Source: Gammaproteobacteria bacterium
GTDB taxonomy: Bacteria > Pseudomonadota > Gammaproteobacteria > Poriferisulfidales > Poriferisulfidaceae
Direction of reading: 5' to 3'
NCBI GenBank assembly: GCA_026706895.1
Contig: JAPOXW010000015.1
Span: 28,475-92,474, forward strand
Length of the DNA: 64,000 bases
This document shows positions 9,800-17,730 of this stretch, in pieces. Under the pieces are notes generated by a model. That model was not told the DNA's origin. It made no database searches and saw only the letters and a list, made by a program, of their open reading frames with translations. The translations under genes were made by a program, and so were the position numbers. Numbering within the stretch: position 1 is the stretch's first letter; each line of letters begins with the position of its first letter.

Positions 9800-10288
9800 C
9801 TAGGAAATCTCTTCCGCCAATCGACGCAGCGCGTGCAGCACGGACTCCCGCCGGACCGCATCGCGACCCCCAGAGAAGTCTCGTCGTTCGCTGCGCATCT
9901 CCCCGCCCGCCCGCAGGAATGCGAACCACACGCAACCGACCGGCGCACGCTCCGTCCCGCCGGACGGTCCGGCCACGCCGCTGATCGCGCAGGCCAGGTC
10001 GCACTGCGCACGTTCCAGGGCTCCCGCCGCCATCGCCTCGACCACGGTCTGGGAGACCGCGCCCTCTTGGCGGATCAGTTCCGGATCGACACCCAGCGAT
10101 TGGCTTTTCGCCTCGTTGCTGTAAGTTACCCACCCGCATTCGAACCAGTCGGAACCGCCCGGCAGGTCGGTGCAGCATTTGGCCAGCCAGCCACCGGTGC
10201 AGGATTCGGCCACCGCCACCCGCAGGCCTTGCGCCCGGCTGCGCCCGGCCAACACTTTTGCCACCTCCAATAGCACTGAATCACTCAT
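9800..10288 (-). CDS. pncC: nicotinamide-nucleotide amidohydrolase (CinA C-terminal domain only)
   Basis: AVAESCTGGWLAKCCTDLPGGSDWFECGWVTYSNEAK..ISGVAGPSGG is the CinA/PncC signature. The start is placed at the ATG of MSDSVLLEV (10288) rather than the upstream ORF-track start. Confidence 0.85.
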   Translation of the reverse strand: MSDSVLLEVAKVLAGRSRAQGLRVAVAESCTGGWLAKCCTDLPGGSDWFECGWVTYSNEAKSQSLGVDPELIRQEGAVSQTVVEAMAAGALERAQCDLACAISGVAGPSGGTERAPVGCVWFAFLRAGGEMRSERRDFSGGRDAVRRESVLHALRRLAEEIS

Positions 10289-10341
10289 GCCCCAATCATA
10301 CCCGTTTGACAGATGCTCTCGCATGCTTTACATTTCTCAAA

Positions 10342-10364
10342 GTGTATTACAGAGTGTAATACAC
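10342..10364. promoter_or_regulatory. inverted repeat GTGTATTACA-GAG-TGTAATACAC, candidate operator of the nucleotidyltransferase/HEPN pair
   Basis: Perfect 10-bp arms with a 3-nt spacer. It ends immediately before the AGGAGG (10365-10370) that precedes the ATG at 10376, in the divergent pncC intergenic region. Confidence 0.5.
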
Positions 10365-10375
10365 AGGAGGATTCC

Positions 10376-10909
10376 ATGAATACCCCTATCATCAGTTTCC
10401 GCGTACGCCAGGATCAGCAAGCCGATGTGCGCGAATTGGTCAATTCCATCAAAGACGACCCGGATTTGATCGGCCTAGTCCTGGAATACGTTCGCAATGC
10501 ACCTCGGCCAAGGCACGAGGCCGCAGCGGCAGATGAGAGTCTTGGCCCATTCCGCAACGCGAAAGCTGCCCTTTCCGTTCTGACCATGAATCTGGCCATC
10601 GCATTCCAGCCCGATGCCATTTTCCTGTTCGGCAGCCGCGCATGTGGTACCGAACGCCCGGATAGTGACTTCGATCTGATGGTGGTCACCCCGGACGACC
10701 AGCCCCTCGACTACCTGACGGCCCGGAAACCCATTTCCGGGTGTGGTGTCCCGGTGGACGTAGTCCCATGCCAGTATTCTGCGTTTGAGAAGAATCGGAA
10801 CGTGCCCGGCATGCTCCCTTACGCGGTCGACCGGGAAGGAAAATTGCTGGACGCGCGCGTTGATGGCCCGTTCTGGAAACGCTATCGCGAGATGTTCCCC
10901 CTGCGATGA
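10376..10909 (+). CDS. nucleotidyltransferase-domain protein (MNT-type antitoxin candidate) with N-terminal extension
   Basis: IFLFGSRACGTERPDSDFDLMVV matches the GS-x9-12-DxD minimal nucleotidyltransferase motif. Start is set at the ATG 5 nt after AGGAGG. The stop overlaps the next ORF (ATGA). Confidence 0.65.
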   Translation: MNTPIISFRVRQDQQADVRELVNSIKDDPDLIGLVLEYVRNAPRPRHEAAAADESLGPFRNAKAALSVLTMNLAIAFQPDAIFLFGSRACGTERPDSDFDLMVVTPDDQPLDYLTARKPISGCGVPVDVVPCQYSAFEKNRNVPGMLPYAVDREGKLLDARVDGPFWKRYREMFPLR

Positions 10910-11316
10910 CCTCTCCGCTCGTCCTGGGATTTCTGAAGGCTGCCGAACGGGACATCGCCGGCATCGAGCGCCTCCTTCCAGATCTCCCAGACCTGGCAGC
11001 ATTCCACGCCCAGCAAGCCGTAGAAAAACTCGCACGCGCCGTGCGCCTGCACGAAGGACTCCCGGATCTTCGTACCCACGACATCACCCGAATTACCGAA
11101 CAACTAGCCCAAGAACACCCTCTCAGGAAAAGCTTCATCAAACTTGGCAGCTTAACTGGAGCGGCAACCGCCTGGCGTTATCCAGATGCCGCAGGCAAAT
11201 TCCCGAAGACTCCCGAACCTCGTGAAATTCAGGCGGCTCTCAAGCAGATAAAAAGCACTGAGGCCGAAATTCGCGACTGGCTCTCGGCTCCGCGGTCCTC
11301 CTCCGCAAACCTATAG
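10906..11316 (+). CDS. HEPN-domain protein (toxin candidate)
   Basis: 136 aa, all-helical. AAFHAQQAVEKLARAV and the ..LRTHDITRI.. segments resemble Pfam HEPN proteins that pair with nucleotidyltransferases. Translationally coupled to 10376-10909. Confidence 0.55.
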   Translation: MTSPLVLGFLKAAERDIAGIERLLPDLPDLAAFHAQQAVEKLARAVRLHEGLPDLRTHDITRITEQLAQEHPLRKSFIKLGSLTGAATAWRYPDAAGKFPKTPEPREIQAALKQIKSTEAEIRDWLSAPRSSSANL

Positions 11317-11384
11317 GCCGTCATCGCCACCTGCCTGTCGAACCGAACCGCAAGACCTACACCCAGACCGAACCCTTCCCGAAC

Positions 11385-11627
11385 ATGCACAACGACCGAG
11401 AATCCCAACAATCCGAATTTGACGGCAGCCAGCGCGGCAGATCAGGCTATGCCGGTGACGGGTTGGCCTTTTGGATTCCTTTTTGCTTCGCCGTCGTCAC
11501 GATACTCAACATCGCCGTCATAGCCAAGACGCTCACCGAAAAGCGTCTTGAAGACCGTATTCAAGAATATCTGGAAGACTGCATTGATCGCCCGGACATC
11601 TCTGACCAGGACCGTCGAGCGCCATGA
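11385..11627 (+). CDS. hypothetical small membrane protein
   Basis: 80 aa with one hydrophobic span (LAFWIPFCFAVVTILNIAVIA). No recognisable family and no clear RBS. Confidence 0.3.
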   Translation: MHNDRESQQSEFDGSQRGRSGYAGDGLAFWIPFCFAVVTILNIAVIAKTLTEKRLEDRIQEYLEDCIDRPDISDQDRRAP

Positions 11628-11932
11628 CCATGACCTGGGCAACCACCACCGCAATGGTCTGCCCGATGGAGTGGAATACCGGAACGTTGCCGCTGCCCTT
11701 GGGAGAGCCAGCAGACCATGGAAAAATGCGAAAAGCTCCCGAAGACCCGACTCGCAAGCATTGAGATTCATATCTAACTATTTGATTCTATTATAGAAAA
11801 AATGGTCTAAAAATTCCGACCATTTTTCCTTGATTTCTGTCGATTCCGTGTCATCATCTCGACTCGAGCCATGCAGACCCTTCCACGGAGGAGTCTCCCC
11901 ATATCACCCCATTCCTGTCGAGGAGGACTGAC

Positions 11933-12412
11933 ATGAACCCGAGTGCCAAAAAATCCGAGGCCGCGCCCGATTCGCCTATGCGAACTGCCCCGCTTCCGCC
12001 GAAATTTGATAGACTCAGTGTCATGAACGCGCTTCGAGCCGCCGCATTCAGTGAAGACCAAGCCACTGTTCTCGTCGAGACCCTCGGCGAAGCCCACCTC
12101 TGCTTAGCGACAAAGGACGACCTGGACCAAGCATTCAGCACACTGCGCAGCGACATCAAGACATCAGAAACCGGCATCCGTCGGGACATGGAGAAAATGG
12201 AAACCGGCATCCGCCATGACATGGAAAAGATGGAAGCCGGCATCCGCCACGACATGCTGGAGATGAAATCCGACCTTCGCGGCGAGATACAGGGGCTGCG
12301 TGGTGAGATGGAAGCCCGGTTCAACAAACTCTCTTGGCAAATCATGGCCAGCACAGGCGGAGCGACCATTGCCGGCACCAGCATTCTCGGCTTATTGATT
12401 CTCTTTAAATAG
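11933..12412 (+). CDS. DUF1640 / CCDC90-like coiled-coil protein with C-terminal membrane anchor
   Basis: 159 aa. AGGAGGA lies 5 nt upstream. Contains the repeated ETGIRxDMEKM heptad-like units and the terminal TM segment GGATIAGTSILGLLILF typical of DUF1640. Confidence 0.65.
   Translation: MNPSAKKSEAAPDSPMRTAPLPPKFDRLSVMNALRAAAFSEDQATVLVETLGEAHLCLATKDDLDQAFSTLRSDIKTSETGIRRDMEKMETGIRHDMEKMEAGIRHDMLEMKSDLRGEIQGLRGEMEARFNKLSWQIMASTGGATIAGTSILGLLILFK
12167..12265 (+). repeat. three in-frame tandem 33-bp units inside the DUF1640 gene
   Basis: The units are gaaaccggcatccgtcgggacatggagaaaatg / gaaaccggcatccgccatgacatggaaaagatg / gaagccggcatccgccacgacatgctggagatg. They encode ETGIRRDMEKM-ETGIRHDMEKM-EAGIRHDMLEM. 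Confidence 0.9.
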
Positions 12413-12956
12413 ACCTCTTCATGCCCGAAAGATCTAGGCAAACCATGTGCGTCTATCCAATGGGCTACGGGGCATTGGCGCCCGAAAAACACAAGTCTTG
12501 AAGGCAGGTTGTGACCAAACCCCGCCGGAATGTTCAACCTCCCCGCCACCCATACAAGGTGAACTTAAAAGATATTTTAATTGCCTTTGCCGTTGGTGCT
12601 GGAATATCTACCGTTTTCTTCAGCATCGTCACCGTCATGCTCTTAGCCGGCGGAATAATAGATTTCTCCTGATTCTCGGCATCCGGCTCCTAAGATAGTC
12701 ACTTCGCCCATACCCGGCCCTGTCGCCAAGGCCACCTGCTTGCACTCAAACCCGTCGAAATGTCCAGCAGATCAGTACCTCATTGTTAAGTTTGTTAGAA
12801 TTGTGCCATACAGTCATATTGCGAGGGATGGCTGGATGCAGATCGGTGATTGCGATCGCCTGATTGGCTTGAAACAAGGCGGCTACGGAGCGGCGGACGC
12901 CGGCATATCCTGGCCGTATTAAACGTTCTGCCCGCGTACCCTCGATACTGTTGAAC

Positions 12957-14129
12957 ATGGATGGAAGAGTTTCGGAATCAGGGCACAAGATGACTTCAGG
13001 GTCGAGCACGCCCGACAATTCATCGGCTGCGCCCGTTTTCGTCACCGGCGCGGCCGGGCATGTGGGCGCCAATCTCGTGCGCCGGCTACTCGACGAAGGT
13101 ACCCGGGTCCGGGTGCTGCTGAGACACGAAGAGAACAACGAAGCGCTGGAAGGCCTTGAGGTTGAACGCGTGCTCGGCGACCTGCGGGACTTGAATTCCG
13201 TCAGGCGTGCGGTCGAGGGCTGCCGAGGCGTCTATCACTGTGCGGCCAAGGTTTCGACCATCGAGGGAAACCACGCCCATCGTCGGGAAATATACGAATG
13301 CAACGTTCTCGGCACCCGCAACATGCTGCGGGCGGCACGGGAAGCGGAAGCTGGCCGGGTGGTCGTGACGGGTTCTTTCAGCGCGGTCGGATACAACCTG
13401 GATGACCCCTCCGCCCCCAGCGACGAGACGATGCTGTTCTACCCCATGGAACGCACGATGCCCTACGAGCGCAGCAAGACGCTCGTCGAACACGAGTGCT
13501 GGCGCGCCGCGTCAGCCGGGCAGGATGTCTTGGTCGCCACGTGCTGCGCAGTTGTGGGAGGCAGCGACTTTCTCCCCTCGCGACTGGGCAAGTCCATGTG
13601 CGCCTATGCCAACGGCAAGCTCCGCGCTTACGTTGATGGCGGCTTCGAATTCGTCGCGGCGCGGGACATCGTCGAAGGGCACCGGTTGTGCATGGACCGC
13701 GGCCGCTCGGGCGAAAAGTACATCTTCAGCAGCGAGTACAAGACCATCTCCGAGATCCTGGACTTGTGGGAGGAAGCCTCCGGCATTCCGCGCCCAAACC
13801 GGCGGATTCCGGTCCTCGCAATGCTCGCTTTCTCGGAAGCCGCAAGTTTTTACCTGAGCCGGTTCCATCCGAGTTTCCCCCAGCGTTTCACTCCCGGCGC
13901 CATCCGCCTGCTGCAAAAGTGCCGCCATGCCAACAACAGCAAGGCGAAAGAGGAACTCGGCTACCGGCCGACCAGCATCCGCGCCGCGGTCCACGAAGCC
14001 TACGCCTTCCACTACCGCCGCAACGCGATCACGAACCCGGACGCGAAACCCCCGTGCACGGACGGCACGGGACGGGTAGAAGAACCCATGCCGGATCAAG
14101 GCACACCCATCACTTCGGACGGAGGCTGA
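12957..14129 (+). CDS. sdmB: NAD(P)-dependent 3-beta-HSD/epimerase-family reductase, SdmB-like (sterol C-4 demethylation)
   Basis: The VFVTGAAGHVGANLVRRLL Rossmann motif, an extended SDR fold, and the gene immediately upstream of a Rieske oxygenase match the SdmA/SdmB pair described in Methylococcus. The start is ambiguous (TTG 12951, ATG 12957, ATG 12990). Confidence 0.6.
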   Translation: MDGRVSESGHKMTSGSSTPDNSSAAPVFVTGAAGHVGANLVRRLLDEGTRVRVLLRHEENNEALEGLEVERVLGDLRDLNSVRRAVEGCRGVYHCAAKVSTIEGNHAHRREIYECNVLGTRNMLRAAREAEAGRVVVTGSFSAVGYNLDDPSAPSDETMLFYPMERTMPYERSKTLVEHECWRAASAGQDVLVATCCAVVGGSDFLPSRLGKSMCAYANGKLRAYVDGGFEFVAARDIVEGHRLCMDRGRSGEKYIFSSEYKTISEILDLWEEASGIPRPNRRIPVLAMLAFSEAASFYLSRFHPSFPQRFTPGAIRLLQKCRHANNSKAKEELGYRPTSIRAAVHEAYAFHYRRNAITNPDAKPPCTDGTGRVEEPMPDQGTPITSDGG

Positions 14130-14130
14130 A

Positions 14131-15228
14131 ATGGACTCAATGACAAGCCCGCCTCCCGGCTTCGACGAGGCCAGCAACTTGCGACAGAAAGCGCGCGCCG
14201 CGGGCATGGACCCGGATTACTGGTACGCGGTCGAAGAAGTGCGCCGGGTCAAGCCGGGGACCGTGGTCGAGGTTGTTTTCTGGAAGCGTGCCATTGCGCT
14301 GTTCCGGGCGAAGGACGGCTCGTTTCATGCGGTCGAGGACCGCTGTGCCCATCGCCAGCTCAAGCTCTCCCTCGGCCATGTCGAGGACTGCCGGCTCGTC
14401 TGCGCCTACCATGGCTGGCAGTACGACGGAGGGGGGCAACGTGCCGGGGGGCCTCGCGAGCACCTCGGGGAAAACTGTGAGAACGTCTCGATCCGATCCT
14501 ACCCCGTGAAAGTCCGTTACGGCCTGGTCTGGCTGTTCCCCGGAGACCCGGAAAAGGCAGAGTCGCGGCAGATCCCGGACATCCCCGAGCTCGAGGGGCC
14601 GGACCGATGGGCCTGCGTCCCGCTCACCTTCACCTGGTCGGCCCACCACTCGATGGTGATCGACAACGTGAGCGATTTCTCCCACGCCCATCTGCACCGT
14701 CAATACCGCCCGTTCGTCGGCGCCACCCTCACCCGCTGCAAGACCATCGGCGACGACGTGCATCTTTCCTACGACACGCAGGTCGGACGCGGGCGCATCT
14801 CCGGGCTGTTCGTCGACCACAAAAAGCTCGACACCAATCACATGGATCTCTGCTACCAATACCCCTACCAGTGGTCGAACACCGATGACGCGATCAAGCA
14901 CTGGCTTTTCGTCCTCCCGATCGACGAACGGACCACCCGGACATTCTTCCTGTTCTACTTCAAGTCGCTGAAGATCCCCTTGCTGCCAATACACTTCCCC
15001 CGTCTCGCCATGACCGCGGTGATGAAGATTTCGAACCGTGTACTCATCGGTCCCCTGCTCCGCCAGGATCAATATGCGCTCGAAGGGGAGCAGGAGGGTT
15101 ACGAGAAACACTGGGACGCCCTTCCCGTCGAGTTCAACCCGGTGGTCGAGGCTTTCCAGGACGTGACCGTGCGCAAGTGGCGCGAATACCTGGCGCGCAA
15201 GGCGGAGAACGGCAGCGCTTATGCCTGA
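14131..15228 (+). CDS. sdmA: Rieske [2Fe-2S] non-heme iron oxygenase, SdmA-like (sterol C-4 methyl oxidation)
   Basis: Rieske motif CAHRQLKLSLGHVEDCRLVCAYHGW (CxH..CxxH). The VIDNVSDFSHAHLH segment lies where the mononuclear-iron ligands sit in this superfamily. GGAGG precedes the ATG, which is 1 nt after the sdmB-like stop. Confidence 0.65.
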   Translation: MDSMTSPPPGFDEASNLRQKARAAGMDPDYWYAVEEVRRVKPGTVVEVVFWKRAIALFRAKDGSFHAVEDRCAHRQLKLSLGHVEDCRLVCAYHGWQYDGGGQRAGGPREHLGENCENVSIRSYPVKVRYGLVWLFPGDPEKAESRQIPDIPELEGPDRWACVPLTFTWSAHHSMVIDNVSDFSHAHLHRQYRPFVGATLTRCKTIGDDVHLSYDTQVGRGRISGLFVDHKKLDTNHMDLCYQYPYQWSNTDDAIKHWLFVLPIDERTTRTFFLFYFKSLKIPLLPIHFPRLAMTAVMKISNRVLIGPLLRQDQYALEGEQEGYEKHWDALPVEFNPVVEAFQDVTVRKWREYLARKAENGSAYA

Positions 15229-16315
15229 ACTGCCCTTCTCGCTGGCCGCGCTGTCCGGCGGCACCCTGCTCGACGCGGCAGCCATGATGCTGGCCTTCTT
15301 CGGCTTCCTGTTCCTGGGTTCGATGCTGTTGCCCGGACGCCGGATTGCGGGCCCGGACTACGATGGAAAATCGAGGGTCTACAGGAGCAACGGCCTCGCC
15401 CTGTTCCTGCTGACCATGATCGTGGGAGGACTTGCCCAGATTTCCGGCTGGTTCTCCCTTTCGGTGCTGCATACCCACTTCCTCGCCCTGTTCGTGGTGG
15501 CGAACGTGTTCGCGTTTGCTTTTTCCGCCTTGCTGTACCACCAAGGCACCCGGACCCAGGGCGATTCCCCGAGGGGATTGGAGGGCTTCTTCTACGGCGT
15601 GGCGGGCCACCCGACCTGGCTCGGGGTGGACCTGAAGTTCTTCAGCTACCGCCCCTCCCTCATCGGCCTCGCATTGTTCAACGTCTCGTTCGCCGCCGTG
15701 CAGTACGAGACCTACGGCGAGTTGACCCTGGCGATGATGCTGTACCAGGCTTTCACCTTCCTGTACGTCCTCAACTACTTCCACTTCGAACACGGGATGA
15801 TCCACACCTGGGACATCGTCAGCGAGCGCTTCGGATGGATGCTGGTCTGGGGAGACTACGTGCTGGTGCCGTTTTTCTATTGCCTCGCCGGCTGGTGGCT
15901 GGTTCACGCAACCGAGCCCCTGCCCCCCGTCGCGGCCGTCGCGATCACCCTGCTGTTCGTCTTCGGCTTCTGGGTCTTCCGCGGCGCCAACGGGCAGAAG
16001 CACCGTTTCAGGCGCGACCCCCGCGCCACGATCTGGGGAAAGCCCGCCGAGTCCCTGGACGGGCGCCTGCTGGTCTCCGGATTCTGGGGGATCGGGCGGC
16101 ATCTCAACTATACCGGCGAGATCTGCATCTACCTTTCGTTCGCCCTGACCGCCGGACTCGCATCCTGGGTTCCCTACCTGCTGCCCGCGTGGCTGGCGGG
16201 GCTGCTGTGGCACCGCTCAAGACGCGACGATCGCCGCTGCCGCGCCAAGTACGGCGAACTGTGGGAGCGGTACACGAAGCGGGTACGTTTCGCGATGTTG
16301 CCGTTCGTCTATTGA
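15221..16315 (+). CDS. ERG4/ERG24-family sterol reductase (most likely C-14 reductase)
   Basis: 364 aa polytopic membrane protein. The C-terminal signature is LLVSGFWGIGRHLNYTGEI ... HRSRRDDRRCRAKYGELWERYTKRVRFAMLPFVY. Overlaps the upstream stop by 8 nt and sits next to CYP51. Confidence 0.8.
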   Translation: MPELPFSLAALSGGTLLDAAAMMLAFFGFLFLGSMLLPGRRIAGPDYDGKSRVYRSNGLALFLLTMIVGGLAQISGWFSLSVLHTHFLALFVVANVFAFAFSALLYHQGTRTQGDSPRGLEGFFYGVAGHPTWLGVDLKFFSYRPSLIGLALFNVSFAAVQYETYGELTLAMMLYQAFTFLYVLNYFHFEHGMIHTWDIVSERFGWMLVWGDYVLVPFFYCLAGWWLVHATEPLPPVAAVAITLLFVFGFWVFRGANGQKHRFRRDPRATIWGKPAESLDGRLLVSGFWGIGRHLNYTGEICIYLSFALTAGLASWVPYLLPAWLAGLLWHRSRRDDRRCRAKYGELWERYTKRVRFAMLPFVY

Positions 16316-16341
16316 GAACGGGAGATGGGAAATCTGACGAT

Positions 16342-17730
16342 ATGACCGCGGTACGCTCCACCCCGCTTTCGCCGCAAGGGACCCGAAGCGTCCCCGAGGT
16401 CGCGGGCCGGTGGCCGCTGATCGGCCATCTGCTGGATTTCCAGAAGGACCCGGTCGCGATGCTGCGGCGCGGCTGGCGCGAGCAGGGTGAGCTCATCCGG
16501 TTCCGGCTCGGTCCCCGCGATTTCTTCCTCTTCACCGGGCCCGAAGCCCACGACTTCTATTTCCACGCACCCGAAGACCAGCTCAGCGCCAAGGAGGTCT
16601 ACCAGTTCACGGTGCCCATCTTCGGGCGCGGCGTGGCTTACGACACCTCCCCCGAACTGATGGCCGAGCAACTGGGGTTCCTGTACCCGGCGCTCAGCGA
16701 AACCGCGATGCGCCGGTTCGCCCGCATCATGTTCGAGGAGACCCGGCAGTTTGCCGAGGACCTCGGCGAGAGCGGGGAAGTCGACCTGCCCCACGCGATG
16801 AACGAACTCACCGTCAAGATCGCCAGCCGCTGCCTCATTGGAGAGGAAGTCCGGGCCCAGCTGGACGCGGGGTTCGCCGAGGCTTACCACGAACTGCAAA
16901 ACGGCATCAACACCCTGGGCTTCTTTTTCCCCTATCTGCCGATTCCGGCGCATCGAAACCGCGACCGGGCCCGGCGAAAAGTGGCCAGGCTCTTCAGCCG
17001 GATCATGGCGGAACGCCGGCGGACCGAGGCCCGGCCCGACGATTTCATGCAGACGCTCATGGATGCCCGGTACAAGGACGGCCGCGCCCTGAGCGACGAC
17101 GAGATCACCGGGATCCTGCTGACCGCGTTGTTCGCGGGCCAGCACACCAGCGCGGTACTCGCCACCTGGACCCTCCTGGAGCTCCTGGGGGACCCCCCCT
17201 ACCTGGACCGGATCCGGGACGAAATGCAGGAAACCTACCGCGAGCCGGGAGCCATCAGCTTTGATACCCTCAAGCATCAGGTGACGCTGGAGCATGCCAT
17301 CCGCGAGAGCGAGCGGCTGCACCCGCCGCTGATCCTGCTGATCCGCAAGGTGCTCAAGCCCTTGCGCTACAAGGATCATGTCGTGCCGACCGGCGCCATG
17401 GCCATGGTGTCGCCGGCGGTCGCCCACCGGTTGCCTCACCTGTTTGCCGACCCGGACCGCTTCAATCCGGACCGGTTCGCCCCGCCTGCTTCCGAGAACA
17501 GGCAGCACCACTACGCCATGATCAGTTTTGGCGGCGGCAAGCACCGGTGCATCGGTGAGCATTTCGCTTACATGCAGTTGAAAGCAATCTGGACCGTGCT
17601 GTTCGACCGCTTTGATTTTCAGCCCAGCACCGAGTTTCCCGAACCGAATTACGGCAGCTGGGTGACGGGCCCCAGGGAACCCTGCCGAGTCCGTTACCGC
17701 CGCCGCCCGCAGGCCAGCATCTTCCAGTGA
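16342..17730 (+). CDS. cyp51: sterol 14-alpha-demethylase cytochrome P450 (CYP51)
   Basis: YQFTVPIFGRGVAYD (B-prime helix CYP51 signature), the I-helix FAGQHTS, and the heme loop FGGGKHRCIGEHFA. Colinear by eye with Mycobacterium tuberculosis CYP51. No ferredoxin domain is fused. Start is at the ATG of MTAVRST; an in-frame TTG at 16312 is an alternative. The longer ORF-track start (15835) lies inside the reductase gene. Confidence 0.9.
   Translation: MTAVRSTPLSPQGTRSVPEVAGRWPLIGHLLDFQKDPVAMLRRGWREQGELIRFRLGPRDFFLFTGPEAHDFYFHAPEDQLSAKEVYQFTVPIFGRGVAYDTSPELMAEQLGFLYPALSETAMRRFARIMFEETRQFAEDLGESGEVDLPHAMNELTVKIASRCLIGEEVRAQLDAGFAEAYHELQNGINTLGFFFPYLPIPAHRNRDRARRKVARLFSRIMAERRRTEARPDDFMQTLMDARYKDGRALSDDEITGILLTALFAGQHTSAVLATWTLLELLGDPPYLDRIRDEMQETYREPGAISFDTLKHQVTLEHAIRESERLHPPLILLIRKVLKPLRYKDHVVPTGAMAMVSPAVAHRLPHLFADPDRFNPDRFAPPASENRQHHYAMISFGGGKHRCIGEHFAYMQLKAIWTVLFDRFDFQPSTEFPEPNYGSWVTGPREPCRVRYRRRPQASIFQ

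Noticed and set aside
12167-12265. Possible CRISPR-like repeat array
   Set aside because: The three 33-bp units are contiguous with no spacers, in frame within a coding sequence, and encode a coiled-coil repeat. This is not a CRISPR array.
11854-12549. 231-aa minus-strand ORF overlapping the DUF1640 gene
   Set aside because: The plus-strand frame has a strong RBS, a coiled-coil repeat and a C-terminal TM anchor typical of DUF1640. The minus-strand frame merely mirrors the repeat (SWRMPxSIFSM) and has no start context.
15835-16341. N-terminal 169-codon extension of the CYP51 ORF in the ORF track
   Set aside because: It lies inside the ERG24-family gene in another frame and is Arg/Pro-rich. 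The CYP51 homology begins at MTAVRST (16342).
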